From assembly GCF_039545135.1 (NCBI RefSeq), contig NZ_BAABRU010000004.1, positions 322,427 through 386,426 of the forward strand: 64,000 bases of DNA, written 5' to 3'. Positions within the stretch are counted from its first letter, which is position 1; every line of letters starts with the position of its first letter. The position numbers and the translations under genes are program-made. Positions 10,564-21,050 of this stretch are shown piece after piece. The notes below the pieces were generated by a model. It was given only the letters and a program-made list of their open reading frames with translations, was not told the origin of the DNA and ran no database searches. The stretch comes from Herpetosiphon gulosus (GTDB lineage: Bacteria; Chloroflexota; Chloroflexia; Chloroflexales; Herpetosiphonaceae).

Positions 10564-10578
10564 TGCTAGAAAGCGTTT

Positions 10579-11727
10579 ATGTCGAATCTTAAACAACTTG
10601 CCGAACTTACCGAACTGCCGATGTTGACGGTCTATCAGGCGCTTGATGGAGTTTCACACATCACGCCAGCAGTCCGTGAACAGGTGTCTGCCGCTGCCGC
10701 CAAGCTTAACTATAGCCTCAACATTACAATTCGCGATGTTGCGGCGCTGGCTGGGGTTTCAATTGGCACGGTTTCGCATGTGCTCAATGGCAGCACCCGC
10801 ACCAAATCAACCACCCGCCAACGGGTCTTGCAAGCAATCACCGAGTTGAATTATCGCCCCAACAGCATTGCGCGTGGCTTGAAATCCAACCATACGCGCT
10901 TGATTGGCTATGGTTGGCATAAAACCGAAGATCCCAGCCGCCCCAATGCCCTGCTTGATCGCTTTTTATATGAGATGGCACAGGCTGCCGAGGCTTGGGG
11001 CTATCATATTTTGACCTTTGCCCAGCCGCACCCTGCCAGCACCAAGCCCTATGCTGAACTGATGCAAATTGGGCGGATCGATGGCTTGGTGCTAAGCGAT
11101 ATTAGCTACAACGATCCACGAATTAACTATCTGCTCAAAACCGACTTGCCATTTGTAAGCTTTGGCCGCGCCAACAGCGATTGGAATTTCCCTGCGGTTG
11201 ATGTTGATAGCAAGCTGGGCATGAAATTGGCGGTTGAGCACTTGATTGCCCGGGGCCATGAGCAAATTGGCTTATTGTGCTGGCCCGAAGGCATGCGCAT
11301 CGGCGATGAGCGCTTGCAGGGCTATTATGCAGCTTTCGAGGCAGCAGGATTAAGCATTGATCAACGCAGCATTCGGCATATTCCCAATGCAGTTGATGCA
11401 GCATTTGCGGCGACCCAAGAACTGCTCAATCAACAGCCACGGATTACGGCGCTAGCTTGTGCCAACGATGTGATGGCCTTTGGAGCCAAACGCTACCTCG
11501 ATTTGGCAGGCTTACAAGTCGGGGTGGATTTAGCCTTGACTGGCTATGATGATTCACCGATTGCCGAATTGCTAGAACTGACCTCGGTACGTCAGCCAAT
11601 TGATATGGTCGCGGCCAAAGTGATCGAGCTATTAATTGGCGAGATTGAAGCTACACCAATTGCCCGCCAACAGATTGTGCTTGAGCCAACCCTAATTGTG
11701 CGAGCCAGCAGCCGCAAACAGCGTTAA
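10579..11727 (+). CDS. LacI-family transcriptional regulator (N-terminal HTH appears partially duplicated)
   Basis: HTH_LacI signature NITIRDVAALAGVSIGTVSHVLNG...LNYRPN, followed by a periplasmic-binding-protein-like sugar-binding domain. A second HTH-like segment LTVYQALDGVSHITPAVREQVSAAAAKLNY lies upstream of it. Confidence 0.8.
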   Translation: MSNLKQLAELTELPMLTVYQALDGVSHITPAVREQVSAAAAKLNYSLNITIRDVAALAGVSIGTVSHVLNGSTRTKSTTRQRVLQAITELNYRPNSIARGLKSNHTRLIGYGWHKTEDPSRPNALLDRFLYEMAQAAEAWGYHILTFAQPHPASTKPYAELMQIGRIDGLVLSDISYNDPRINYLLKTDLPFVSFGRANSDWNFPAVDVDSKLGMKLAVEHLIARGHEQIGLLCWPEGMRIGDERLQGYYAAFEAAGLSIDQRSIRHIPNAVDAAFAATQELLNQQPRITALACANDVMAFGAKRYLDLAGLQVGVDLALTGYDDSPIAELLELTSVRQPIDMVAAKVIELLIGEIEATPIARQQIVLEPTLIVRASSRKQR

Positions 11728-11781
11728 ACGCCAACCCCGCGCCAAATAGCACGGGGTTGGTACATTGAGAAAAGACCAAAG

Positions 11782-13026
11782 TTAAGGAGTTGGTGTTGGT
11801 TGTTGCAATGTGGGCGAAATGCCCGAGGTTGCGGTTGCCAACGGCGCATTGGTAATTGGTGCTAAAGTTGTAGTTGGCTGGGTTGTTGGCATCATCGACG
11901 GAACCGCCACCACAATTTGATTGGGTGTCACCGTCGTATCAGGGAATAACAAACTGACTGGGGGCAATTTAAAAACATACAGCACCCCAACCAACGCCGC
12001 TAACACCACCAACGAACCTAGAATACCCCAACCTGATAAACCACCACTGGCTGGTTTGGGAGTAGTGGGCGTAGGCCGAGCCGAACTTGTCGGTACAGCC
12101 GCCATTGCTGGATTCAAACGACCAGAAGCGGTAATCGGCACATGCTGTTGAGTTTCGTCATCGCGCATGCCAGCCACAGGCATTGGCGCTGTGCCGGTTG
12201 GCCCAACTGGCAATTCAAATTCTTCAGTGATCGGGTCGGCGCTGTGCAATGGCGCAGTCAACGGCTGATTCAATAATGTTTCCAACAATGGATCATTATC
12301 GGCAATCAGCTCAAGCTCATCAACTTGCACCAACAAAGCGGTGATATTATCGTAACCACCGACTCCATTCGCCAGATCGATCAAGCGTGGCACAATTTGC
12401 TCAAATGGCAGCGTATTGATGGTTTTTAAGATGGTTGCTTCATCAACAAAGCCATGCAGACCATCGGACGAGATCAAAAAGCGATCGCCAGCCTGAACTG
12501 GCTCACGAAACACATCAACTTGCACCTCGCGTTGATGCCCAACCGCGCGGGTGATGATGTTTTTGATCTTCGATTGTGATGCTTGTTCGCGGGTCATCAA
12601 CCCAGCCCGAACTTGCTCCTCGACAAACGAGTGATCGACGGTTATTTGGCGCATTGCATTATTGCGAATTAAGTATGCGCGGCTATCGCCAACATTCGCC
12701 AGAAACGCCACATTTTTGAAGATCAGCAAGGCCACCGAAGTGGTTCCCATATTGCCACGGCCACGATCGAAGACAGCCTGATTGGCACTCACGATAGCAG
12801 TAGTGAGGGCTTTGGGAATATCGCTTTGAACAACGTTCGGAAATGTTGCCAACATGGTTTGCACAGCCGTTTGACTGGCAACTTCGCCAGCTAAATGACC
12901 GCCCATGCCATCGCAAACAACAAAAAGTTGGATTCCGTTTGGTAGCGGGTCGCCCACGCCATAGGCATCTTGGTTAACTTCGCGTGAACGCCCAATGTCG
13001 GTTTGTGCGCTGTGGCGTAGCTTCAT
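11782..13026 (-). CDS. PP2C-family Ser/Thr protein phosphatase with Pro/Thr-rich tail and C-terminal TM anchor
   Basis: PP2C motifs TDIGRSREVNQDAY, VVCDGMGGHLAGEVAS, LISSDGL. Probable start MKLRHS. TM segment LSGWGILGSLVVLAALVGVLYVF. Confidence 0.8.
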   Translation of the reverse strand: MKLRHSAQTDIGRSREVNQDAYGVGDPLPNGIQLFVVCDGMGGHLAGEVASQTAVQTMLATFPNVVQSDIPKALTTAIVSANQAVFDRGRGNMGTTSVALLIFKNVAFLANVGDSRAYLIRNNAMRQITVDHSFVEEQVRAGLMTREQASQSKIKNIITRAVGHQREVQVDVFREPVQAGDRFLISSDGLHGFVDEATILKTINTLPFEQIVPRLIDLANGVGGYDNITALLVQVDELELIADNDPLLETLLNQPLTAPLHSADPITEEFELPVGPTGTAPMPVAGMRDDETQQHVPITASGRLNPAMAAVPTSSARPTPTTPKPASGGLSGWGILGSLVVLAALVGVLYVFKLPPVSLLFPDTTVTPNQIVVAVPSMMPTTQPTTTLAPITNAPLATATSGISPTLQQPTPTP

Positions 13027-13253
13027 CGATACTCCTGTCAATCCCGGGACGATTTACATCGTGAGTGTATCGGCGCGAGTATAGCATAGGCCGTACTATG
13101 CAGCAACAATACAATCGGCTGTTAGCTAAAATTTGGCTTATTTTTGTTATTGTATTGATCATCTGGGTGAATGTCTATAGGCAGAAAGCCCAAAATGCCC
13201 TGTGCTATAATTGCGCAATTAAAAGATCCGCATGAAAGGTATTGGTTTTTCCT

Positions 13254-14210
13254 ATGGCATTTGCAATCGGGATTGATCTCGGGGGCACGCATTTACGTGC
13301 GGCCTTAGTTGACCGAGATGGTGAAATTCTTGCTCATGAACGGATTCGCACCGAAGCCCATGAAGGTGCTGAAGCAGTTGTTGGTCGGATTACTCAATTA
13401 ATTAACGCCATGATCGCTGCGGCGAATGGTGCAACGATTGTCGGCGCTGGCATCGCCGCTCCTGGCCCACTTAACCCCTTTACTGGGACGGTTATTACCA
13501 TGCCCAACTTGCCAGGTTGGGAAAACTTCCCCATCCGCGACCGAATCGCCGCCCAAGTACCATTTCCAGTCGTGCTCGGCAACGATGCCAATTTGGCTGC
13601 CGTCGGCGAGTGGTTGTTCGGCGGTGGTCGTGGCATGCAAAATATGATCTACGTCACCATCAGCACGGGCGTTGGTGGTGGGGTCATTTGCGATGGCCGT
13701 TTGTTGCTCGGTCACAATGGCTTTGCTGCCGAAGTTGGACACATGGTGCTCGACCCGCACGGTTTTGCGCCCGCCACAGCAACCCCTGCTGGCTCGTGGG
13801 AAGCCCTCGCATCGGGCACATTTTTGGCCTACCACGCTGCCGAAGCGATGCGGGCTGGCACAGCAACCGTGCTTAATCAATTAACCACCCCCGATGCCGT
13901 CACCACGCATCATCTAGATCTGGCGGCGCAGCAAGGCGATGAGTTGGCACTACGTTTGATCGAAAATGCTGGCTTTTGGTCGGGGATTGCCTTTGTCAAT
14001 TTGCTGCATATGTTCAGCCCTGAAGCGATTTTCGTGGGCGGTGGGGTTTCCAACTTAGGCGATCGTTTGCTCAACCCAGCTCGGGCTGAAATTACCAAAC
14101 GTGCCTTGCCTGGCTATCGCAATGTGCCGATTCATCAAACCAAGATGGGCGATAACCTAGGGGTGCTTGGCGCTGCTGCCTATGCATTTAGCTCAATCGA
14201 ACAAGCCTAA
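13254..14210 (+). CDS. ROK-family sugar kinase (glucokinase-like)
   Basis: N-terminal ROK/ATPase motif AIGIDLGGTHLRAALVD and a glycine-rich region. The start is uncertain (TTG at 13242 or ATG at 13254). Confidence 0.75.
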   Translation: MAFAIGIDLGGTHLRAALVDRDGEILAHERIRTEAHEGAEAVVGRITQLINAMIAAANGATIVGAGIAAPGPLNPFTGTVITMPNLPGWENFPIRDRIAAQVPFPVVLGNDANLAAVGEWLFGGGRGMQNMIYVTISTGVGGGVICDGRLLLGHNGFAAEVGHMVLDPHGFAPATATPAGSWEALASGTFLAYHAAEAMRAGTATVLNQLTTPDAVTTHHLDLAAQQGDELALRLIENAGFWSGIAFVNLLHMFSPEAIFVGGGVSNLGDRLLNPARAEITKRALPGYRNVPIHQTKMGDNLGVLGAAAYAFSSIEQA

Positions 14211-14301
14211 TTTTAGCATCAAGCCGCTCAGTTCCAAAGCATCCTGACAACGCGCCTTTGGGTCTTGGCGGCTTGCCGTTTTTAGCATAAAGGATGCCTG
14301 C

Positions 14302-15207
14302 ATGTCGTCAAGGATTCGCCGCAGTGAAATGACCTGCCCCGCCCATAGCCTCGCCATGATCACCAAAGCCGCCGCCTCTGAGGCCGATGAAGTGATTATT
14401 GATTTAGAAGATGCTTGTGCTGTTTCGCAGAAAATTGCTGCCCGCGCGACCGTGATTCAAGCCTTGCAAAGCTTGGATTTTGGCCAGAAGATTGTGGCGG
14501 TGCGCCCAAATGCGGTGCAAACCCATTATCACTATCGCGATGTTGTCGAAATTGTCGAGGCTGCTGGCGCTAAAATCGATGTCTTGGTGATTCCTAAAAT
14601 CGAAAGTGCTGACGATGTGCGCTTCGTCGATCGTTTGCTCAGCCAAATCGAGGCCAATATTGGCTTGAAGGTTGGCACAATTAAGCTCGAAGTATTAATT
14701 GAAGGCACTCGCGCCTTACAAGCAGTTGAGCAGATTACCAATGCCTCGCCCCGTTTGGAAAGCTTAATTTTTGGTTTGGCGGATTATGCTGGTGATTTAG
14801 GAGCACGCTCGGCAGATGATCAATGGGGCATGTTTGCCTACCCCAAACACAAAATGTTGGTAGCAGCCAAAGCGGCTGGCTTAGAGGCAATTGATAATGT
14901 GACCTTTGCCTTTCGCGATGCTGAGGCCTGCCAACGCGATGCTGAACGGGCCGCCACGATGGGCTTCGATGGCAAATGGGCGATTCATCCGGCCCAAGTA
15001 CCAATCATCAACCAAGCCTTTTTGCCCAGTGCCGCCGAAATTGCCGAAGCTCAACGCCTGATCAACGCCTACCAAGCTGCCGATCAACAGGCAGGCTTAG
15101 GGGCAATTGCAATTGATGATCAGATGATCGATGCAGCTAGCTTGCGGGTGCATGCCAAAAAATTAGCCTTGGCTCAACGGGCAGGATTAATCGCCATTCA
15201 GCCTTAG
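14302..15207 (+). CDS. HpcH/HpaI aldolase / citrate-lyase beta subunit (CitE)-like CoA-ester lyase
   Basis: CitE-like N-terminus ...AHSLAMITKAAASEADEVIIDLEDA; 301 aa. RBS AAGGA 7 nt upstream of the start. Confidence 0.65.
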   Translation: MSSRIRRSEMTCPAHSLAMITKAAASEADEVIIDLEDACAVSQKIAARATVIQALQSLDFGQKIVAVRPNAVQTHYHYRDVVEIVEAAGAKIDVLVIPKIESADDVRFVDRLLSQIEANIGLKVGTIKLEVLIEGTRALQAVEQITNASPRLESLIFGLADYAGDLGARSADDQWGMFAYPKHKMLVAAKAAGLEAIDNVTFAFRDAEACQRDAERAATMGFDGKWAIHPAQVPIINQAFLPSAAEIAEAQRLINAYQAADQQAGLGAIAIDDQMIDAASLRVHAKKLALAQRAGLIAIQP

Positions 15208-15287
15208 CTCAATCAATTTCGTGCCTCATGATATACTGTCAACAGATTGACCTTGCAAGCCCTCACACATAGGACATAAAAAATACA

Positions 15288-17090
15288 ATGGCTGAACAGA
15301 CGCACATTCGCAACTTTAGCATTATCGCCCACGTCGATCATGGCAAAACCACGCTTTCGGATCGCTTGTTGGAAGTGACCCAAACGCTTTCATCACGTGA
15401 GATGCGGGCACAAACCCTCGATGCCATGGATTTGGAACGCGAAAAGGGCATCACAATTAAGATGCACCCCGTCCGGCTAGAATATACCGCCAAGGATGGT
15501 CAACAATATGCCTTGCATATGATCGACTGCCCGGGCCACGTTGACTTTAGCTATGAAGTTTCACGCTCGTTGCAAGCCTGTGAAGGCGCATTGTTGATCG
15601 TTGATGCTTCCCAAGGGATCGAGGCCCAAACCTTGGCCAACGTCTACTTGGCACTCGAAAACAACCTCGAAATTATTCCAATCTTGAATAAAATCGACTT
15701 GCCTGGTGCTGAAGTCGAGCGCGTTTCCGAGGAAGTCGAGCATGTGCTGGGCTTGCCACGCGAAGAAATTATTTTGGCTTCGGGCAAAGAAGGCACAGGT
15801 GTGCCCGAAATTCTCGAAGCAATTGTCGCCCGCATTCCACCGCCCAAAGGCACCAACGAAGCGCCAGCTCGCGCCTTGATTTTCGATTCGCAATACAACG
15901 CCTACAAAGGCGTAATTGCCTATATTCGGGTGGTTGATGGTACGATTCGCGCTGGCGATAAATTGCGCCTGATGGGGACAGAAGTGCTGACCGAAGCCAT
16001 GGAAATTGGTTTCTTCCGGCCTGGGATGGTCGCTGGTCAAGCGCTCAGCGCTGGCGAAGTCGGCTACATCGCGACTGGTTTGAAATCAGTGCGCGATTGC
16101 CAAGTTGGCGATACAATCACCTTGGTTGATAATCCGGCAACCACCTCGTTGGCTCCTTATGAACCAGCCAAACCAATGGTGTTCGCAGGTTTGTATCCAG
16201 TCGATTCGGGCGATTACACCTTACTCCGCGATGCGCTCGAAAAATTACGTTTGAATGATGCGGCGCTTTCATTTGAGCCAGAAACCTCAGCCGCCTTGGG
16301 TTTTGGCTTCCGCGCAGGCTTCTTGGGCTTGCTGCACATGGAAATTGTGCAAGAACGACTCGAACGCGAATACAACATCGATCTATTGGTCACTGCGCCG
16401 AGCGTGGAATACCAAGTGCTAACCAATGCTGGCGAAATTTTGATCATCGATAATCCCTCGGAATTGCCCGATGTTGGCCAAATCAGCCAGATCGAAGAAC
16501 CGATGATGTCGATTAGCATTATCGTGCCAACCCGCTATATTGGCGTGGTCATGGAACTGGTCACGGGCAAACGTGGCATTTTCCAAAGCATGGATTATCT
16601 CGATAAAGAGCGGGTTGTGCTAAAATACGAAATTCCGCTCTCCGAAATTGTGATCGATTTCTACGATTCGCTGAAATCGCGCACCCAAGGCTATGCTTCA
16701 CTGGATTATCATCTGAGCAGCTATCGCGCCTCGGATTTGGTCAAGCTTGACGTGTTGGTCAATGGCACGGCGGTTGATGCACTTTCGATGATCACCCACC
16801 GTGACAATGCCTACCGCCAAGGCCGCCAATTGGTCGAAAAGCTGCAAAAGCTGATTCCACGCCAAATGTTTGAAGTGCCAATCCAAGCAGCTGTTGGCTC
16901 ACGGGTGATCGCCCGCGAAACCATCCGTGCCATGCGCAAAGACGTGTTGTCGAAATGTTATGGTGGCGACATCACCCGTAAGCGCAAGCTCTTGGAAAAA
17001 CAAAAAGAGGGCAAGAAGCGCATGAAGATGGTGGGCAACGTCGAGATTCCACAAGATGCCTTTATGGCGGTCTTGAAGCTCGATAGCTAA
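15288..17090 (+). CDS. lepA: Translation elongation factor 4 (LepA)
   Basis: G1 motif [23 protein letters not shown]; 600 aa; the characteristic LepA C-terminal domain is present. Confidence 0.95.
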   Translation: MAEQTHIRNFSIIAHVDHGKTTLSDRLLEVTQTLSSREMRAQTLDAMDLEREKGITIKMHPVRLEYTAKDGQQYALHMIDCPGHVDFSYEVSRSLQACEGALLIVDASQGIEAQTLANVYLALENNLEIIPILNKIDLPGAEVERVSEEVEHVLGLPREEIILASGKEGTGVPEILEAIVARIPPPKGTNEAPARALIFDSQYNAYKGVIAYIRVVDGTIRAGDKLRLMGTEVLTEAMEIGFFRPGMVAGQALSAGEVGYIATGLKSVRDCQVGDTITLVDNPATTSLAPYEPAKPMVFAGLYPVDSGDYTLLRDALEKLRLNDAALSFEPETSAALGFGFRAGFLGLLHMEIVQERLEREYNIDLLVTAPSVEYQVLTNAGEILIIDNPSELPDVGQISQIEEPMMSISIIVPTRYIGVVMELVTGKRGIFQSMDYLDKERVVLKYEIPLSEIVIDFYDSLKSRTQGYASLDYHLSSYRASDLVKLDVLVNGTAVDALSMITHRDNAYRQGRQLVEKLQKLIPRQMFEVPIQAAVGSRVIARETIRAMRKDVLSKCYGGDITRKRKLLEKQKEGKKRMKMVGNVEIPQDAFMAVLKLDS

Positions 17091-17097
17091 GGTACAT

Positions 17098-17370
17098 GCC
17101 CTCACCCCCTAGCCCCCTCTCCCACACGTGAGGCGAGGGGGAACCACTCAGCATGAAGACTGGAACGACCCTCGCCCACCTCAGTGGGAGAGGGTCGGGG
17201 GTGAGGGAACGTTAAAACCCACCCTTGAAAGCTAACCCCCTCTCCCGCCCAGCATGAAGACTGGAATGCCCCTCGCCCGCCGCAGTGGGAGAGGGGTCGG
17301 GGGTGAGGGAACGCAGGCAATCCTTGCAACACCAAACGCCCCTCACCGACTATGGTAGGTGAAGGGCATT
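17098..17370. repeat. Module B GC-rich palindromic repeat, two tandem units (ccctcaccccc..ctctccc..gcgaggggg / cccctcgcc..gggagag..gggtgaggg)
   Basis: Each unit is a long hairpin. Similar copies occur at 26733-26963, 32732-32834 and 41401-41512. This one lies between convergent lepA and the beta-helix gene. Confidence 0.85.
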
Positions 17371-17374
17371 ACTT

Positions 17375-19156
17375 TTAACGAACTCCGGTCATCGCAAAGG
17401 GTAAAAAGCTAAAATACTGGGTTTGGGCAATCATGCCAGCCTCAAATGCTCCAATATCGCAACGCACTGTCTGATCGTTATTGCCATCGACAGGCCGTGG
17501 ATAGAGCCGTTGATCGACCAAGCCGCAATCGGCAGGCCCAGCATCAAGCGCCGGACTAGCAGCAGTCAAACTAAAACTGCGTGAACTGCCACCATGCAGC
17601 GCAAACTCACCAAGCAAGGGATCAAGATTCAGCAGATCGCTGGCTTGCTGATTGAGCAATTGACATTGGCTCGTCGGCTGCTCCAGTAAATTATGGCCTT
17701 GGCTAGTCAGGTTACCAAGACAATCGTTGGCAGTTTGGCTGAGTGTATGCCAATTATTGGCGATCATGCTATTGCTCAGTGCCAATGTGCCGCTGATTGA
17801 AACACCAGCCCCACCAATGCCCGTCGCAAAACGATTGGTATTTGAAACCACGGTCGAATTGGTCAGGGTCAAGACCGAGGTAACCCCGCGCTGATCCAAA
17901 GCTCCGCCCAAACCACGACTATCGTTGAAGGCCAGCGTGCTGGTATCGAGCAGCATCGTTCCAGCTTGTTGGCTAATCGCCGCACCTGAGGCATGGCAGT
18001 TTTCGCGCAACCTATTGACCCCATTGCTACGATTGGCGCTAAACTCGCTGCGATAAATTTCGCTGCTGCCATGGCTTTGCACGACCGCGCCACCTTGATC
18101 GGCATAATTATCAATAAAGCGTGAATCACTGATTAACACACGTCCAGCATTGGCGACTGCGCCACCACTAGCACAATAAAAATTACCAACCCCACCATTT
18201 TGAACAAACAGGCTGTTGATAATTTCGGCCTCAGCACCTTGATTAATTTTGACTGCGCGTGGCTGATTTTGCTGAAATTCGCTAGCTTCGATCAACGTCA
18301 TGCCTTTGATCGTATCGATGGCTGCGCCTTGCTCGCCTTGACCAATTGCCAAACGAATCTGGCTCTGGCTAAGCGTCAAATTGCCACCATCGTTGGCAAT
18401 CGCCATACCTGTGCCCGCCGTATCGGCCTCAAAAATTGTGTTAGCAATGTTGACCGTGCTTTGTTTGATGTAGAGACTGCCACCTATGCCAACGCCACCC
18501 ATAAAAATGGTGCGCACCTCGTTATCGTTGAAAAAGCTGTTTTGAATGTTGAGCGTGCCCACCAAACTGGCCACCCCACCACCATAATTGGCGAGACCAT
18601 ATAAAATTGGCGAAGTAATAATGCCATTGTGAATCACACGAACATGATTGAGGGTTAAATTACCGTTGCGTTGAAAAATACCATGCCCATAATAGGTTGC
18701 CGTATCATCATTATTCAAAATATAGCCGTTGCGAACTTCTACATGCTCTAAGGTCAATCGGCCTTCGTGCAGTTCCAACACGCGATCAGTCACGTTTCCA
18801 TCGATAATCGTGGTCGCTGAACTCACTCCCGTAATTTGCACCGATCCACGCAGATCCAAATCGCCAGTTAGGCCTTGATCGTCGTCACGGCCAGTTTTGG
18901 TTAGCCGATAGACTCCAGCGGGCAGCAAAATCTGATCAGCGCCAGCGCCAGCCGGGCAAGCATCCACCACTTGATCGCTGGTAGCGGCCAAAACTGCCTC
19001 GCGTAGTGAACACGTTTGGTTGCTGGGGTTAGTATCATCAACCGTCGTGGTAACTTGAATCTGATTGGTAGGGGTAGCATGGCTCGCTTGCGGCTGAGCA
19101 GAATACCAACTACTGCCTACTAGAAATGCTAGTAAACTCCAACGAAAAGACCTCAT
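17375..19156 (-). CDS. Secreted right-handed parallel beta-helix protein (choice-of-anchor-Q-like N-terminal module CSLREAV..A)
   Basis: Signal peptide MRSFRWSLLAFLVGSSWYSA (RBS GGAGGA upstream). CSLREAVLAATSD motif. Gly/Asn-rich beta-helix repeats. Confidence 0.65.
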   Translation of the reverse strand: MRSFRWSLLAFLVGSSWYSAQPQASHATPTNQIQVTTTVDDTNPSNQTCSLREAVLAATSDQVVDACPAGAGADQILLPAGVYRLTKTGRDDDQGLTGDLDLRGSVQITGVSSATTIIDGNVTDRVLELHEGRLTLEHVEVRNGYILNNDDTATYYGHGIFQRNGNLTLNHVRVIHNGIITSPILYGLANYGGGVASLVGTLNIQNSFFNDNEVRTIFMGGVGIGGSLYIKQSTVNIANTIFEADTAGTGMAIANDGGNLTLSQSQIRLAIGQGEQGAAIDTIKGMTLIEASEFQQNQPRAVKINQGAEAEIINSLFVQNGGVGNFYCASGGAVANAGRVLISDSRFIDNYADQGGAVVQSHGSSEIYRSEFSANRSNGVNRLRENCHASGAAISQQAGTMLLDTSTLAFNDSRGLGGALDQRGVTSVLTLTNSTVVSNTNRFATGIGGAGVSISGTLALSNSMIANNWHTLSQTANDCLGNLTSQGHNLLEQPTSQCQLLNQQASDLLNLDPLLGEFALHGGSSRSFSLTAASPALDAGPADCGLVDQRLYPRPVDGNNDQTVRCDIGAFEAGMIAQTQYFSFLPFAMTGVR

Positions 19157-19225
19157 TGTGGTTCCTCCAGGGGCAATAAACAATATCTGGCTATTGTAAA
19201 AGTCCACCTGAGGCTGTCAAGCATG

Positions 19226-20023
19226 CTAGAGTGCAGGTGCTGTTAGGTCATAAATTATTAAATGACGAATCTCTAAGGCCTGATTTGAATGAGAAAGTAT
19301 ACCACCACGTAAAAGTCCACGTGGCGAAACTTGGGCATATTGGTTGTCGAGCCATACAATTAAACCTAAATTGCTGGTTGGCAAGCTGGCGGTTTTGAGT
19401 ACCAATTGCTGATCAAGCCAAAATTCCACCCGATCAGCATACCAATCGATTTGATATTGCTGCCATGTATTCCAAGTGAGTTGGATTGGCTGGCTACGCA
19501 CGCCCAAAGCCAGTTGCACCAACGGCAAGCAACAGCGTTGGCGGAACCAAGTGTTTTGGCTCAGCACCAAGGCCAAGGGAGCCAGTGGCAACAAGCCCAA
19601 ACACCAGCCCAAGCGCGGTACAAAGCTCATCGCCAGCCAGCCGTTATTCGCGCCGTTGGCAGTTAATTCAAGTTGGCTAGCAGTGCTCGCATAGAAAAAC
19701 CATAATGCTTGAGGTAGCCGCAAACGCCGCAAGCCCGTGCCAGCCGGGTCATTCCACCAGCCAAAGCCTGCTGTACCCACAAAATCCTGAGGATCGCCAC
19801 AAAACCGCGCTTCGAGTTGCAAACGCACTGGAGCATGCCAGCCCAAGCCGTTTTCAACATAATCATCCAATTGCGCATCGCTGTAAACCATGCGATCATG
19901 CTGATGCAGGGCGAGCCGCACGCCAGCCTCAATTGGCTGAATTTCGGCCTGATTGGGTGTCCAAGCATGCCAGCGTCTCCCCCAAAACGAGCGAAAAGCC
20001 ATTAGGAGACTCCTATGTCGCAA
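19226..20023 (-). CDS. Hypothetical protein, possibly concanavalin-A-like lectin/glucanase fold
   Basis: The C-terminal segment YQIDWYADRVEFWLDQQLV...LGLIVWLDN resembles GH16/LamG beta-sandwich motifs. There is no signal peptide and the assignment is weak. Confidence 0.4.
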   Translation of the reverse strand: MRHRSLLMAFRSFWGRRWHAWTPNQAEIQPIEAGVRLALHQHDRMVYSDAQLDDYVENGLGWHAPVRLQLEARFCGDPQDFVGTAGFGWWNDPAGTGLRRLRLPQALWFFYASTASQLELTANGANNGWLAMSFVPRLGWCLGLLPLAPLALVLSQNTWFRQRCCLPLVQLALGVRSQPIQLTWNTWQQYQIDWYADRVEFWLDQQLVLKTASLPTSNLGLIVWLDNQYAQVSPRGLLRGGILSHSNQALEIRHLIIYDLTAPAL

Positions 20024-20407
20024 GCCTTGTTAATTTTTGATGGAACCTGCGATTTTTGCACGCGTGCCGCCCGTTGGATCAAACACCTCGATCGCCAACA
20101 ACGAATTCGGATTGAGCCATTTCAAAAACCTGGCGTACCTGAATCGGTTGGTTTGAGCTACGCTCAATGTGAGCAAGCAGCTTGGATGCAAACCAGCGAG
20201 GGCAAATTATGGCGCGGCGCTGGGGCGGTTAATGCAGCGCTGAGCATCGCCACGGGCAAGCGTTTGGCCTTAGGCTTTTACCAACTTTGGGGGATTCGCC
20301 ACATTCAAGATAGCGTCTACAAGTTGGTGGTCAAATATCGCCATCGTATTCCAGGCGATACCCCCCATTGCCAACAGTTTCCTGCCGATTGCCCAAAATT
20401 AGGCTGA
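20015..20407 (+). CDS. DCC-family thiol-disulfide oxidoreductase (DUF393, YuxK-like)
   Basis: N-terminal LIFDGTCDFCTRAARW motif; 130 aa. Confidence 0.7.
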   Translation: MSQALLIFDGTCDFCTRAARWIKHLDRQQRIRIEPFQKPGVPESVGLSYAQCEQAAWMQTSEGKLWRGAGAVNAALSIATGKRLALGFYQLWGIRHIQDSVYKLVVKYRHRIPGDTPHCQQFPADCPKLG

Positions 20408-20878
20408 GCCAAGCTGTTCAAGCAGCCATTCGAGGGCACGCTTGGCTGAAGCCTGTTTATTGCCTAGCCGATCGTAGGGCCAAATATGCTGCTCGACCAA
20501 GCTTTGGTTGGGCAAGTGCAACCCCAAATAGACTAAGCCGACTGGCTTTTCAGGGCTACCGCCACCTGGACCAGCAATACCAGTCGTGCTTAGTCCAACT
20601 GTTGCGCCCAAGGCTTGAGCCGTACCTTGAGCCATGTCCAAGGCCGTTTCAGCACTCACCGCGCCAACGGTCGCCAAGGTTGAAGTTGGTACATGCAGCA
20701 ACGTTTGCTTGGCGCTATTGGCATAGGCAATAATTCCGCCCAAATAGACCACCGAACTACCAGCAATGTTGGTCAGCCAATCGCCCAACAACCCGCCAGT
20801 ACACGATTCGGCGGTTGCCAGCGTCCATTGACGTTGGGCAAGGGCGGTAATCACTGCTTGGGCTAAGGCTTGCGACAT
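20399..20878 (-). CDS. pncC: CinA-family nicotinamide-nucleotide amidohydrolase (PncC / CinA C-terminal domain)
   Basis: LATAESCTGGLLGDWLTNIAGSSVVYLGGIIAYANSAK matches the CinA C-domain. Probable start MSQALAQ. Confidence 0.8.
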   Translation of the reverse strand: MSQALAQAVITALAQRQWTLATAESCTGGLLGDWLTNIAGSSVVYLGGIIAYANSAKQTLLHVPTSTLATVGAVSAETALDMAQGTAQALGATVGLSTTGIAGPGGGSPEKPVGLVYLGLHLPNQSLVEQHIWPYDRLGNKQASAKRALEWLLEQLGSA

Positions 20879-20882
20879 CGAT

Positions 20883-21038
20883 TTATCCTGCCCGCTGTTT
20901 GCCGAGTAACCGAAATGCCGTAAAACCCAAATAAATAATAAAGCCAATAATTAAAAGCTTAAATAAGCCCTTAAAGAGCATGCCAACAAACAACAAGGCC
21001 AGAATAGCCAAAATAATTTGCACCAGTGTACGTTTCAT
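20883..21038 (-). CDS. Small hydrophobic membrane peptide (51 aa), not in the ORF track
   Basis: Minus-strand ORF MKRTLVQIILAILALLFVGMLFKGLFKLLIIGFIIYLGFTAFRLLGKQRAG with an SD-like AGGAAC upstream. It sits 4 nt upstream of pncC and 12 nt downstream of the RAM-domain gene. Confidence 0.45.
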   Translation of the reverse strand: MKRTLVQIILAILALLFVGMLFKGLFKLLIIGFIIYLGFTAFRLLGKQRAG

Positions 21039-21050
21039 CGTTGGTTCCTT

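Noticed and set aside
13398-13880. Cluster of overlapping ORFs on both strands (160, 119, 80 aa ...)
   Set aside because: All lie inside the well-supported ROK kinase gene. They are Arg/Cys/Trp-rich shadow frames.
15561-16040. 159-aa minus-strand ORF
   Set aside because: Antisense to lepA, which is unambiguous.
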